NCBI GenBank assembly: GCA_043228905.1
Contig: JBHGNT010000033.1
Location: forward strand, 186,001 to 250,000
Direction of reading: 5' to 3'
Length of the DNA: 64,000 bases
Origin: Azolla caroliniana
Lineage: Eukaryota; Plantae; Polypodiophyta
Shown: piece by piece, positions 26,162 to 40,652 of the stretch
Layout: each line of letters begins with the position of its first letter
Position numbering within the stretch: position 1 is the first letter of the stretch
Notes under the pieces: generated by a model
What the model was told of the DNA's origin: nothing
What the model saw: only the letters and a program-made list of their open reading frames with translations
Databases searched by the model: none
Translations under genes and position numbers: made by a program

Positions 26162-29100
26162 GTGTGATATCGGATTTTTGTGTTCAAACATGCGTATCGA
26201 AGCTAACAACGCTAGCTATGATATAGAATTAAAAAATCAAGATTTTGAAACTCAGGCCGAGAGACATGAATAAATTAGCAAATTTGAGGAGGGACTTTAG
26301 AAGAGCCCGTGACTAAATTAAAATGTTCATACCTGGCTCGTGTGATATCGGATTTTTGTGTTCAAACATGCGTATCGAAGCTAACAACGCTAGCTATGAT
26401 ATAGAATTAAAAAATCAAGATTTTGAAACTCAGGTCGAGAGACATGACGAAATTAGCAAATTTCAGGAGGGACTTGAGAAGAGCTCGTGACTAAATTAAA
26501 ATGTTCATACCTGGCTCGTGTGCTATCGGATTTTTGTGTTCAAACATGCGTATCGAAGCTAACAACGCTAGCTATGATATAGATTTAAAAAATCGAGATT
26601 CTGAAACTCAGGTCGAGAGACATGAAGAAATTAGCAAATTTGAGGAGGGAGTGAAGAAGAGCCAGTGAGTCAATTAAAATGTTCATACCTGGCTCGTGTG
26701 ATATCGGATTTTTGTGTTCAAACATGCGTATCGAAGCTAACAACGCTAGCTATGATATAGAATTAAAAAAGCAAGATTTTGATACTCATGTCGAGAGACA
26801 TGAAGAAATTAGCAAATTTGAGGAGGGACTTGAGAAGAGCGCATGAGTCAATTAGAATGTTCATACCTGGCTAGTGTGATATCAGATTTTCGTGTTCAAA
26901 CATTCGTATCGAAGCTAACAACACTAGCTATGATCTAGAATTAAAAAATGAAGATTTTGAAAGTCAGGCCGACAGACATGAAGAAATTAGCAAATTTGAG
27001 GAGGGACTTTAGAAGAGCTCGTGACTAAATTAAAATGTTCATACCTGTGTCGTGTGATATCGGATTTTTGTGTTCAAACATGCGTATCGAAGCTAACAAC
27101 GCTAGCTATGATATCGAATTAAAAAATCAAGATTTTGAAACTCAGGTCGAGAGACATGAAGAAATTAGAAAATTTGAGGAGGTACTTGAGAAGAGCGTGT
27201 GAGTCAATTAAAATGTTCATACCTGTGTCGTGTGATATCGGATTTTTGTGTTCAAACATGCGTATCGAAGCTAACAACGCTAGCTATGATCTAGAATTAA
27301 AAAATCAAGATTTTGAAAGTGAGGCCGAGAGACATGAAGAAATTAGCAAATTTGAGGAGGCACTTTAGAAGAGCTCGTAACTAAATTAAAATGTTCATAC
27401 CTGGGTCGTGTGATATCGGATTTTTGTGTTCAAACATGCGTATCGAAGCTAACAACGCTAGCTATGATATCGAATTAAAAAATCAAGATTTCGAAACTCA
27501 GGTCGAGAGACATGAAGAAATTAGTAAATTTGAGGAGGTACTTGAGAAGAGCGCGTGAGTCAATTAAAATGTTCATACCTGGCTCGTGTGATATCAGATT
27601 TTCGTGTTCAAACATTCGTATCGAAGCTAACAACGCTAGCTATGATATCGAATTAAAAAATCGGGATTCTGAAACTCAGGTCGAGAGACATGAAGAAATT
27701 AGAAAATTTGAGGAGGTACTTGAGAAGAGCGTGTGAGTCAATTAAAATGTTCATACCTGTGTCGTGTGATATCGGATTTTTGTGTTCAAATATGCTTTTA
27801 AAGCTAAGAACGCTAGCTATGATATTGAATTAAAAAATCAAGATTTCGAAACTCAGGTCCAGAGACATGAAAAAATTATCCAATTTGAGGAGGGACTTGA
27901 GAAGAGCGCGTGAGTCAATTAAAATGTTCATACCTGGCTCGTGTGATATCGGATTTTTGTGTTCAAACATGCGTATCGAAGCTAACAACGCTAGCTATGA
28001 TATAGATTTAGAAAATCGAGAGTCTGAAACATGCGTATCGAAGCTAACAACGCTAGCTATGATATAGATTTAGAAAATCGAGAGTCTGAAACTCAGGTCG
28101 AAAGACATGAAGAAATTAGCAAATTTGAGGAGGGACTTGAGAAGAGCGCGTGAGTCAATTAAAATGTTCATACCTGGCTAGTGTGATATCGGATTTTTGT
28201 GTTCAAACATGCGTATCGAAGCTAACAACGCTAGCTATGATATCGAATTAAAAAATCAAGATTTTAAAACTCAGGTCCAGAGACATGAAGAAATTAGAAA
28301 ATTTGAGGAGGTACTTGAGAAGAGCGTGTGAGTCAATTAAAATGTTCATACCTGTGTCGTGTGATATCGGATTTTTGTGTTCAAACATGCGTATCGAAGC
28401 TAACAACGCTAGCTATGATCTAGAATTAAAAAATCAAGATTTTGAAAGTGAGGCCGAGAGACATGAAGAAATTAGCAAATTTGAGGAGGCACTTTAGAAG
28501 AGCTCGTAACTAAATTAAAATGTTCATACCTGGGTCGTGTGATATCGGATTTTTGTGTTCAAACATGCGTATCGAAGCTAACAACGCTAGCTATGATATC
28601 GAATTAAAAAATCAAGATTTCGAAACTCAGGTCGAGAGACATGAAGAAATTAGTAAATTTGAGGAGGTACTTGAGAAGAGCGCGTGAGTCAATTAAAATG
28701 TTCATACCTGGCTCGTGTGATATCAGATTTTCGTGTTCAAACATTCGTATCGAAGCTAACAACGCTAGCTATGATATCGAATTAAAAAATCGGGATTCTG
28801 AAACTCAGGTCGAGAGACATGAAGAAATTAAAAAATTTGAGGAGGTACTTGAGAAGAGCGTGTGAGTCAATTAAAATGTTCATACCTGTGTCGTGTGATA
28901 TCGGATTTTTGTGTTCAAATATGCTTTTAAAGCTAAGAACGCTAGCTATGATATTGAATTAAAAAATCAAGATTTCGAAACTCAGGTCCAGAGACATGAA
29001 AAAATTATCCAATTTGAGGAGGGACTTGAGAAGAGCGCGTGAGTCAATTAAAATGTTCATACCTGGCTCGTGTGATATCGGATTTTTGTATTCAAACATG

Positions 29101-32100
29101 CGTATCGAAGCTAACAACGCTAGCTATGATATAGATTTAGAAAATCGAGAGTCTGAAACATGCGTATCGAAGCTAACAACGCTAGCTATGATATAGATTT
29201 AGAAAATCGAGAGTCTGAAACTCAGGTCGAAAGACATGAAGAAATTAGCAAATTTGAGGAGGGACTTGAGAAGAGCGCGTGAGTCAATTAAAATGTTCAT
29301 ACCTGGCTAGTGTGATATCGGATTTTTGTGTTCAAACATGCGTATCGAAGCTAACAACGCTAGCTATGATATAGAATTAAAAAATCAAGATTTTGAAACT
29401 CAGGCCGAGAGACATGAATAAATTAGCAAATTTGAGGAGGGACTTTAGAAGAGCCCGTGACTAAATTAAAATGTTCATACCTGGCTCGTGTGATATCGGA
29501 TTTTTGTGTTCAAACATGCGTATCGAAGCTAACAACGCTAGCTATGATATAGAATTAAAAAATCAAGATTTTGAAACTCAGGTCGAGAGACATGACGAAA
29601 TTAGCAAATTTCAGGAGGGACTTGAGAAGAGCTCGTGACTAAATTAAAATGTTCATACCTGGCTCGTGTGCTATCGGATTTTTGTGTTCAAACATGCGTA
29701 TCGAAGCTAACAACGCTAGCTATGATATAGATTTAAAAAATCGAGATTCTGAAACTCAGGTCGAGAGACATGAAGAAATTAGCAAATTTGAGGAGGGAGT
29801 GAAGAAGAGCCAGTGAGTCAATTAAAATGTTCATACCTGGCTCGTGTGATATCGGATTTTTGTGTTCAAACATGCGTATCGAAGCTAACAACGCTAGCTA
29901 TGATATAGAATTAAAAAAGCAAGATTTTGATACTCAGGTCGAGAGACATGAAGAAATTAGCAAATTTGAGGAGGGACTTGAGAAGAGCGCGTGAGTCAAT
30001 TAGAATGTTCATACCTGGCTAGTGTGATATCAGATTTTCGTGTTCAAACATTCGTATCGAAGCTAACAACACTAGCTATGATCTAGAATTAAAAAATGAA
30101 GATTTTGAAAGTCAGGCCGACAGACATGAAGAAATTAGCAAATTTGAGGAGGGACTTTAGAAGAGCTCGTGACTAAATTAAAATGTTCATACCTGTGTCG
30201 TGTGATATCGGATTTTTGTGTTCAAACATGCGTATCGAAGCTAACAACGCTAGCTATGATATCGAATTAAAAAATCAAGATTTTGAAACTCAGGTCGAGA
30301 GACATGAAGAAATTAGAAAATTTGAGGAGGTACTTGAGAAGAGCGTGTGAGTCAATTAAAATGTTCATACCTGTGTCGTGTGATATCGGATTTTTGTGTT
30401 CAAACATGCGTATCGAAGCTAACAACGCTAGCTATGATCTAGAATTAAAAAATCAAGATTTTGAAAGTGAGGCCGAGAGACATGAAGAAATTAGCAAATT
30501 TGAGGAGGCACTTTAGAAGAGCTCGTAACTAAATTAAAATGTTCATACCTGGGTCGTGTGATATCGGATTTTTGTGTTCAAACATGCGTATCGAAGCTAA
30601 CAACGCTAGCTATGATATCGAATTAAAAAATCAAGATTTCGAAACTCAGGTCGAGAGACATGAAGAAATTAGTAAATTTGAGGAGGTACTTGAGAAGAGC
30701 GCGTGAGTCAATTAAAATGTTCATACCTGGCTCGTGTGATATCAGATTTTCGTGTTCAAACATTCGTATCGAAGCTAACAACGCTAGCTATGATATCGAA
30801 TTAAAAAATCGGGATTCTGAAACTCAGGTCGAGAGACATGAAGAAATTAGAAAATTTGAGGAGGTACTTGAGAAGAGCGTGTGAGTCAATTAAAATGTTC
30901 ATACCTGTGTCGTGTGATATCGGATTTTTGTGTTCAAATATGCTTTTAAAGCTAAGAACGCTAGCTATGATATTGAATTAAAAAATCAAGATTTCGAAAC
31001 TCAGGTCCAGAGACATGAAAAAATTATCCAATTTGAGGAGGGACTTGAGAAGAGCGCGTGAGTCAATTAAAATGTTCATACCTGGCTCGTGTGATATCGG
31101 ATTTTTGTGTTCAAACATGCGTATCGAAGCTAACAACGCTAGCTATGATATAGATTTAGAAAATCGAGAGTCTGAAACATGCGTATCGAAGCTAACAACG
31201 CTAGCTATGATATAGATTTAGAAAATCGAGAGTCTGAAACTCAGGTCGAAAGACATGAAGAAATTAGCAAATTTGAGGAGGGACTTGAGAAGAGCGCGTG
31301 AGTCAATTAAAATGTTCATACCTGGCTAGTGTGATATCGGATTTTTGTGTTCAAACATGCGTATCGAAGCTAACAACGCTAGCTATGATATCGAATTAAA
31401 AAATCAAGATTTTAAAACTCAGGTCGAGAGACATGAAGAAATTAGAAAATTTGAGGAGGTACTTGAGAAGAGCGTGTGAGTCAATTAAAATGTTCATACC
31501 TGTGTCGTGTGATATCGGATTTTTGTGTTCAAACATGCGTATCGAAGCTAACAACGCTAGCTATGATCTAGAATTAAAAAATCAAGATTTTGAAAGTGAG
31601 GCCGAGAGACATGAAGAAATTAGCAAATTTGAGGAGGCACTTTAGAAGAGCTCGTAACTAAATTAAAATGTTCATACCTGGGTCGTGTGATATCGGATTT
31701 TTGTGTTCAAACATGCGTATCGAAGCTAACAACGCTAGCTATGATATCGAATTAAAAAATCAAGATTTCGAAACTCAGGTCGAGAGACATGAAGAAATTA
31801 GTAAATTTGAGGAGGTACTTGAGAAGAGCGCGTGAGTCAATTAAAATGTTCATACCTGGCTCGTGTGATATCAGATTTTCGTGTTCAAACATTCGTATCG
31901 AAGCTAACAACGCTAGCTATGATATCGAATTAAAAAATCGGGATTCTGAAACTCAGGTCGAGAGACATGAAGAAATTAAAAAATTTGAGGAGGTACTTGA
32001 GAAGAGCGTGTGAGTCAATTAAAATGTTCATACCTGTGTCGTGTGATATCGGATTTTTGTGTTCAAATATGCTTTTAAAGCTAAGAACGCTAGCTATGAT

Positions 32101-32520
32101 ATTGAATTAAAAAATCAAGATTTCGAAACTCAGGTCCAGAGACATGAAAAAATTATCCAATTTGAGGAGGGACTTGAGAAGAGCGCGTGAGTCAATTAAA
32201 ATGTTCATACCTGGCTCGTGTGATATCGGATTTTTGTATTCAAACATGCGTATCGAAGCTAACAACGCTAGCTATGATATAGATTTAGAAAATCGAGAGT
32301 CTGAAACATGCGTATCGAAGCTAACAACGCTAGCTATGATATAGATTTAGAAAATCGAGAGTCTGAAACTCAGGTCGAAAGACATGAAGAAATTAGCAAA
32401 TTTGAGGAGGGACTTGAGAAGAGCGCGTGAGTCAATTAAAATGTTCATACCTGGCTAGTGTGATATCGGATTTTTGTGTTCAAACATGCGTATCGAAGCT
32501 AACAACGCTAGCTATGATAT
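26162..32520 (+). repeat. 17-mer tandem duplication (3148 bp x2), each copy holding two 1129-bp 6-mers
   Basis: ORF pairs 27135/30283, 27512/30660, 27867/31015, 28285/31433, 28641/31789 and 28996/32144. Inner offset 27512/28641 = 1129 = 6x178+62-1; 3148 = 2x1129+5x178. Confidence 0.94.
27969..28092 (+). repeat. 62-bp internal tandem duplication giving a 240-bp monomer (also 29098-29221, 31117-31240, 32246-32369)
   Basis: ATGCGTATCG...GAGAGTCTGAAAC is repeated directly; AAAC occurs at both ends of the unit. Confidence 0.95.
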
Positions 32521-34302
32521 CGAATTAAAAAATCAAGATTTTAAAACTCAGGTCGAGAGACATGAAGAAATTAGAAAATTTGAGGACGGACTTGAGAAGA
32601 GCGCGTGAGTCAATTAAAATGTTCATACCTGACTCGTGTGATATCGGATTTTTGTGTTCAAACATGCGTATCGAAGCTAACAACGCTAGCTATGATCTAG
32701 AATTAAAAAATGAAGATTTTGAAAGTCAGGCCGACAGACATGAAGAAATTAGCAAATTTGAGGGGGGACTTTAGAAGAGCTCGTGACTAAATTAAAATGT
32801 TCATACCTGGCTCGTGTGCTATCGGATTTTTGTGTTCAAACATGCGTATCGAAGCTAACAACGCTAGCTATGATATAGATTTAAAAAATCGAGATTCTGA
32901 AACTCAGGTCGAGAGACATGAAGAAATTAGCAAATTTGAGGAGGGAGTGAAGAAGAGCCAGTGAGTCAATTAAAATGTTCATACCTGGCTCGTGTAATAT
33001 CGGATTTTTGTGTTCAAACATGCGTATCGAAGCTAACAACGCTAGCTATGATATACAATTAAAAAAGCAAGATTTTGATACTCAGGTCGAGAGACATGAA
33101 GAAATTAGCAAATTTGAGGAGGGACTTGAGAAGAGCGCGTGAGTCAATTAGAATGTTCATACCTGGCTAGTGTGATATCAGATTTTCGTGTTCAAACATT
33201 CGTATCGAAGCTAACAACACTAGCTATGATATCGAATTAAAAAAACGGGATTCTGAAACTCAGGTCGAGAGACATGAAGAAATTAGAAAATTTGAGGAGG
33301 GACTTGAGAAGAGCGCCTGAGTCAATTAAAATGTTCATACCTGTGTAGTGTGATATCGGATTTTTGTGTTGAAACATGCGTATCGAATCTAACAACGCTA
33401 GCTATGATATAGAATTAAAAAATCAAGATTTTGAAACTCAGGTCGAGAGACATGAAGAAATTAGCAAATTTGACGAGGGACTTGAGAAGAGCGCGTGAGT
33501 CAATTAAAATGTTCATACCTGACTCGTGTCATATCGGATTTTTGTGTTCAAACATGCGTATCGAAGCTAACAACGCTAGCTATCATCTAGAATTAAAAAA
33601 TGAAGATTTTGAAAGTCAGGCCGACAGACATGAAGAAATTAGCAAATTTGAGGAGGGACTTTAGAAGAGGTCGTGACTAAATTAAAATGTTCATACCTGG
33701 CTCGTGTGCTATCAGATTTTTCTGTTGAAACATGCGTATCGAAGCTAACAACGCTAGCTATGATATAGATTTAAAAAATCGAGATTCTGAAACTCAGGTC
33801 GAGAGACATGAAGAAATTAGCAAATTTGAGGAGGGAGTGAAGAAGAGCCAGTGAGTCAATTAAAATGTTCATACCTGGCTCGTGTGATATCGGATTTTTG
33901 TGTTCAAACATGCGTATCGAAGCTAACAACGCTAGCTATGATATCGAATTAAAAAATCAAGATTCTGAAACTCAGGTCGAGAGACATGAAGAAATTAGCA
34001 AATTTGAGGAGGGACTTGAGAAGATCTCGTGACTAAATTAAAATGTTCATACCTGGCTCGTGTGCTATCGTATTTTTGTGTTCAAACATGCGTATCGAAG
34101 CTAACAACGCTACCTATGATATAGATTTAAAAAATCGAGATTTTTATACTAAGGTCGAGAGACATGAAGAAATTAGCAAATTTGACGAGGGACGTGAGAA
34201 GAGCGCGTGAGTCAATTAAAATGTTCATACCTGGCTCGTGTGATATCGGATTTTTGTGTTCAAACATGCGGTATCGAAGCTAATAACGCTAGCGATGATA
34301 TA

Positions 34303-37300
34303 GAATTAAAAAATCAAGATTTTGAAACTCAGGTCGAGAGACATGAAGAAATTAGCAAATTTGAGGAGGGACTTGAGAAGAGCGCGTGAGCAAATTAAAA
34401 TGTTCATACCTGACTCGGGTGATATCGGATTTTTGTGTACAAACATGCGAATCGAAGCTAACAACGCTAGCTATAATATAGAATTAAAAAAACAAGATTC
34501 TGAAACTCAGGTCGAGAGACATGAAAAAATTAGAAAATTTGAGGAGGGACTTGAGAAGAGCGCGTGAGTCAATAAAAATGTTCATACCTAGCTCGTGTGA
34601 TATCGGATTTTTGTGTTCAAACATGCGTATCGAAGCTAACAACGCTAGCTATGATATCGAATTAAAAAATCGAGATTTTGAAACTCAGGTCGAGAGATAT
34701 GATGAAATTAGCATATTTGAGGAGGTAGTGGAGAAGAGCCCGTTAGGAAATAAAAATGTTCATACCTGGCTCGTGTGATATCGGATTTTTGTGTTCAAAC
34801 ATGCGTATCGAAGCTAACAACGCTAGCTATGATATAGATTTAAAAAATCAGGATTCTGAAACTCAAGTCGATAGACATGAAGAAATTAGCAAATTTGAGG
34901 AGGGACTTGAGAAGAGCGCGTGAGTCAATTAAAATGTTCATACCTGACTCGTGTGATATCGGATTTTTGTGTTCAAACATGCGTATCGAAGCTAACAACG
35001 CTAGCTATGATCTAGAATTAAAAAATGAAGATTTTGAAAGTCAGGCCGACAGACATGAAGAAATTAGCAAATTTGAGGAGGGACTTGAGAAGATCTCGTG
35101 ACTAAATTAAAATGTTCATACCTGGCTCGTGTGCTATCGTATTTTTGTGTTCAAACATGCATATCGAAGCTAACAACGCTAGCTATGATATAGATTTAAA
35201 AAATCGAGATATTGAAACTCAGGTCGAGAGACATGAAGAAATTAGCAAATTTGACGAGGGACTTGAGAAGAGCGCGTGAGTCAATTAAAATGTTCATACC
35301 TGGCTCGTGTGATATCGGATTTTTGTGTTCAAACATGAGGTATCGAAGCTATCAAAGCTAGCTATGATATCGAATTAAAAAATCAAGATATTGAAACTCA
35401 GGTCGAGAGACATGAAGAAATTAGCAAATTTGAGGAGGGACTTGAGAAGAGCGCGTGAGCAAATTTAAATATTCATACCTGGCTCGTGTGATATCGGATT
35501 TTTGTGTTCAAACATGCGTATCGAAGCTAACAACGCTAGCTATGATATAGAATTAAAAAATCAAGATTTTGAAACTCAGGTCGAGAGACATGAAGAAATT
35601 AGCAAATTTGAGGGACTTGAGAAGATCTCGTGACTAAATTAAAATGTTCATACCTGGCTCGTGTGCTATCGTATTTTTGTGTTCAAACATGCATATCGAA
35701 GCTAACAACGCTAGCTATGATATAGATTTAAAAAATCGAGATATTGAAACTCAGGTCGAGAGACATGAAGAAATTAGCAAATTTGACGAGGGACTTGAGA
35801 AGAGCGCGTGAGTCAATTAAAATGTTCATACCTGGCTCGTGTGATATCGGATTTTTGTGTTCAAACATGCGGTATCGAAGCTATCAAAGCTAGCTATGAT
35901 ATCGAATTAAAAAATCAAGATATTGAAACTCAGGTCGAGAGACATGAAGAAATTAGCAAATTTGAGGAGGGACTTGAGAAGAGCGCGTGAGCAAATTTAA
36001 ATATTCATACCTGGCTCGTGTGATATCGGATTTTTGTGTTCAAACATGCGTATCGAAGCTAACAACGCTAGCTATGATATCGAATTAAAAAATCGAGATT
36101 TTGAAACTCAGGTCGAGAGATATGATGAAATTAGCAAATTTGAGGATGGACTTAAAAAGAGCCCGTGAGTGAATTAAAATCCTCATACCTAGCTTGTGTG
36201 CTATCGGATTTTTGTGTTCAAACATGCGTATCGAAGCTAACAACACTAGCTATGATATCGAATTAAAAAATCGAGATTCTGAAACTCAGGTCGAGAGACA
36301 TGAAGAAATTAGAAAATTTGAGGAGGTACTTGAGAAGAGCGTGTGAGTGAATTATAATGTTCATACCTGGCTCGTGTGATATCGGATTTTTGTGTTCAAA
36401 CATGCGTATCGAAGCTAACAACGCTAGCTATGATATAGAATTAAAAAAACCAGATTTTGAAACTTAGGTCGAGAGACATGACGAAATTAGCAAATTTGAG
36501 GAGGGACTTGAGAAGAGCGCGTGAGTCAATTAAAATGTTCATACCTGGCTCGTGTGATATCGGATTTTTGTGTTGAAACATGCGTATCGAAGCTAACAAC
36601 GCTAGCTATGATATGGAATTAAAAAATCAAGATTTTGAAACTCAGGTCGAGAGACATGAAGAAATTAGCAAATTTGAGGAGGGACTTGAGAAGAGCGCGT
36701 GAGCAAATTAAAATGTTCATACCTGACTCGGGTGATATCGGATTTTTGTGTACAAACATGCGAATCGAAGCTAACAACGCTAGCTATAATATAGAATTAA
36801 AAAAACAAGATTCTGAAACTCAGGTCGAGAGACATGAAAAAATTAGAAAATTTGAGGAGGGACTTGAGAAGAGCGCGTGAGTCAATTAAAATGTTCATAC
36901 CTGGCTCGTGTGATATCGGATTTTTGTGTTCAAACATGCGTATCGAAGCTAACAACGCTAGCTATGATATCGAATTAAAAAATCGAGATTTTGAAACTCA
37001 GGTCGAGAGACATGACGAAATTAGAAAATTTGAGGAGGGACTTGAGAAGAGCGCGTGAGTCAATTAAAATGTTCATATCTGTGTCGTGTGATATCGGATT
37101 TTTGTGTTCAAACATGCGTATCGAAGCTAACAACGCTAGCTATGATATCGAATTAAAAAATCAAGATTTTGAAACTCAGGTCGAGAGACGTGAAGAAATT
37201 AGCAAATTTGAGGAGGGACTTGAGAAGAGCGCGTGAGCAAATTAAAATGTTCATACCTGGCTCGTGTGATATCGGATTTTTGTGTTCAAACATGCGTATC

Positions 37301-40300
37301 GAAGCTAACAACTCTAGCTATGATATTGAATTAGAAAATCGAGATTTTGATACTCAGGTCGAGAGACATGACGAAATTAGCAAATTTGAGCAGGGCCTTG
37401 AGAAGAGCCCGTGACTAAATTAAAATGTTCATACCTGGCTCGTGTGATATCGGATTTTTGTGTTCAAACATGCGTATCGAAGCTAACAATGCTAGCTATG
37501 ATATAGATTTAAAAAATCAAGATTTCGAAACTCAGGTCCAGAGACATGAAGAAATTAACCAATTTGAGGAGGTACTTGAGAAGAGCCCGTGAGTCTATTA
37601 TAATGTTCATACCTGGCTCGTGTGATATCGGATTTTTGTGTTCAAACATGCGTATCGAAGCTAACAACGCTAGCTATGATATAGAATTAAAAAAACCAGA
37701 TTTTGAAACTTAGGTCGAGAGACATGACGAAATTAGCAAATTTGAGGAGGGACTTGAGAAGAGCGCGTGAGTCAATTAAAATGTTCATACCTGGCTCGTG
37801 TGATATCGGATTTTTGTGTTGAAACATGCGTATCGAAGCTAACAACGCTAGCTATGATATGGAATTAAAAAATCAAGATTTTGAAACTCAGGTCGAGAGA
37901 CATGAAGAAATTAGCAAATTTGAGGAGGGACTTGCGAAGAGCGCGTGAGCAAATTAAAATGTTCATACCTGACTCGGGTGATATCGGATTTTTGTGTACA
38001 AACATGCGAATCGAAGCTAACAACGCTAGCTATAATATAGAATTAAAAAAACAAGATTCTGAAACTCAGGTCGAGAGACATGAAAAAATTAGAAAATTTG
38101 AGGAGGGACTTGAGAAGAGCGCGTGAGTCAATTAAAATGTTCATACCTAGCTCGTGTGATATCGGATTTTTGTGTTCAAACATGCGTATCGAAGCTAACA
38201 ACGCTAGCTATGATATCGAATTAAAAAATCGAGATTTTGAAACTCAGGTCGAGAGATATGATGAAATTAGCATATTTGAGGAGATAGTGGAGAAGAGCCC
38301 GTTAGGAAATAAAAATGTTCATACCTGGCTCGTGTGATATCGGATTTTTGTGTTCAAACATGCGTATCGAAGCTAACAACGCTAGCTATGATATAGATTT
38401 AAAAAATCAGGATTCTGAAACTCAGGTCGATAGACATGAAGAAATTAGCAAATTTGAGGAGGGACTTGAGAAGAGCGCGTGAGTCAATTAAAATGTTCAT
38501 ACCTGACTCGTGTGATATCGGATTTTTGTGTTCAAACATGCGTATCGAAGCTAACAACGCTAGCTATGATCTAGAATTAAAAAATGAAGATTTTGAAAGT
38601 CAGGCCGACAGACATGAAGAAATTAGCAAATTTGAGGAGGGACTTGAGAAGATCTCGTGACTAAATTAAAATGTTCATACCTGGCTCGTGTGCTATCGTA
38701 TTTTTGTGTTCAAACATGCATATCGAAGCTAACAACGCTAGCTATGATATAGATTTAAAAAATCGAGATATTGAAACTCAGGTCGAGAGACATGAAGAAA
38801 TTAGCAAATTTGACGAGGGACTTGAGAAGAGCGCGTGAGTCAATTAAAATGTTCATACCTGGCTCGTGTGATATCGGATTTTTGTGTTCAAACATGAGGT
38901 ATCGAAGCTATCAAAGCTAGCTATGATATCGAATTAAAAAATCAAGATATTGAAACTCAGGTCGAGAGACATGAAGAAATTAGCAAATTTGAGGAGGGAC
39001 TTGAGAAGAGCGCGTGAGCAAATTTAAATATTCATACCTGGCTCGTGTGATATCGGATTTTTGTGTTCAAACATGCGTATCGAAGCTAACAACGCTAGCT
39101 ATGATATAGAATTAAAAAATCAAGATTTTGAAACTCAGGTCGAGAGACATGAAGAAATTAGCAAATTTGAGGAGGGACTTGAGAAGATCTCGTGACTAAA
39201 TTAAAATGTTCATACCTGGCTCGTGTGCTATCGTATTTTTGTGTTCAAACATGCATATCGAAGCTAACAACGCTAGCTATGATATAGATTTAAAAAATCG
39301 AGATATTGAAACTCAGGTCGAGAGACATGAAGAAATTAGCAAATTTGACGAGGGACTTGAGAAGAGCGCGTGAGTCAATTAAAATGTTCATACCTGGCTC
39401 GTGTGATATCGGATTTTTGTGTTCAAACATGCGGTATCGAAGCTATCAAAGCTAGCTATGATATCGAATTAAAAAATCAAGATATTGAAACTCAGGTCGA
39501 GAGACATGAAGAAATTAGCAAATTTGAGGAGGGACTTGAGAAGAGCGCGTGAGCAAATTTAAATATTCATACCTGGCTCGTGTGATATCGGATTTTTGTG
39601 TTCAAACATGCGTATCGAAGCTAACAACGCTAGCTATCATATCGAATTAAAAAATCGAGATTTTGAAACTCAGGTCGAGAGATATGATGAAATTAGCAAA
39701 TTTGAGGATGGACTTAAGAAGAGCCCGTGAGTGAATTAAAATCCTCATACCTAGCTTGTGTGCTATCGGATTTTTGTGTTCAAACATGCGTATCGAAGCT
39801 AACAACACTAGCTATGATATCGAATTAAAAAATCGAGATTCTGAAACTCAGGTCGAGAGACATGAAGAAATTAGAAAATTTGAGGAGGTACTTGAGAAGA
39901 GCGTGTGAGTGAATTATAATGTTCATACCTGGCTCGTGTGATATCGGATTTTTGTGTTCAAACATGCGTATCGAAGCTAACAACGCTAGCTATGATATAC
40001 AATTAAAAAATGAAGATTTTGAAACTCAGGTCGAGAACCATGAAGAAATTAGAAAATTTGAGGAGGGACTTGAGAAGAGCGCGTGAGTCAATTAAAATGT
40101 TCATACCTGGCTCGTGTGATATCGCATTTTTGTGTACAAACATGCGAATCGAAGCTAACAACGCTAGCTATAATATAGAATTAAAAAAACAAGATTTTGA
40201 AACTCAGGTCGAGAGACATGAAGAAATTAGCAAATTTGAGGAGGGACTTGAGAAGAGCGCGTGAGTCAATTAAAATGTTCATACCTGGCTCGTGTGATAT

Positions 40301-40652
40301 CGGATTTTTGTGTTCAAACATGCGTATCGAAGCTAACAACGCTAGCTATGATATAGAATTAAAAAATCAAGATTCTGAAACTCAGGTCGATAGACATGAA
40401 GAAATTAGCAAATTTGAGGAGGGACTTGAGAAGAGCGCGTGAGTCAATTAAAATGTTCATACCTGACTCGTGTGATATCGGATTTTTGTGTTCAAACATG
40501 CGTATCGAAGCTAACAACGCTAGCTATGATCTAGAATTAAAAAATGAAGATTTTGAAAGTCAGGCCGACAGACATGAAGAAATTAGCAAATTTGAGGAGG
40601 GACTTGAGAAGATCTCGTGACTAAATTAAAATGTTCATACCTGGCTCGTGTG
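34303..40652 (+). repeat. ~6.35-kb block (internal 20-mer period, 3559/3562 bp) duplicated at ~46,587-52,939
   Basis: ORF offsets are 12,284 (34322/46606, 34877/47161) and then 12,287 after a 3-bp deletion near 35,611 (35808/48095 through 40396/52683). Internal offsets 34322/37881 and 46606/50168. Confidence 0.92.
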
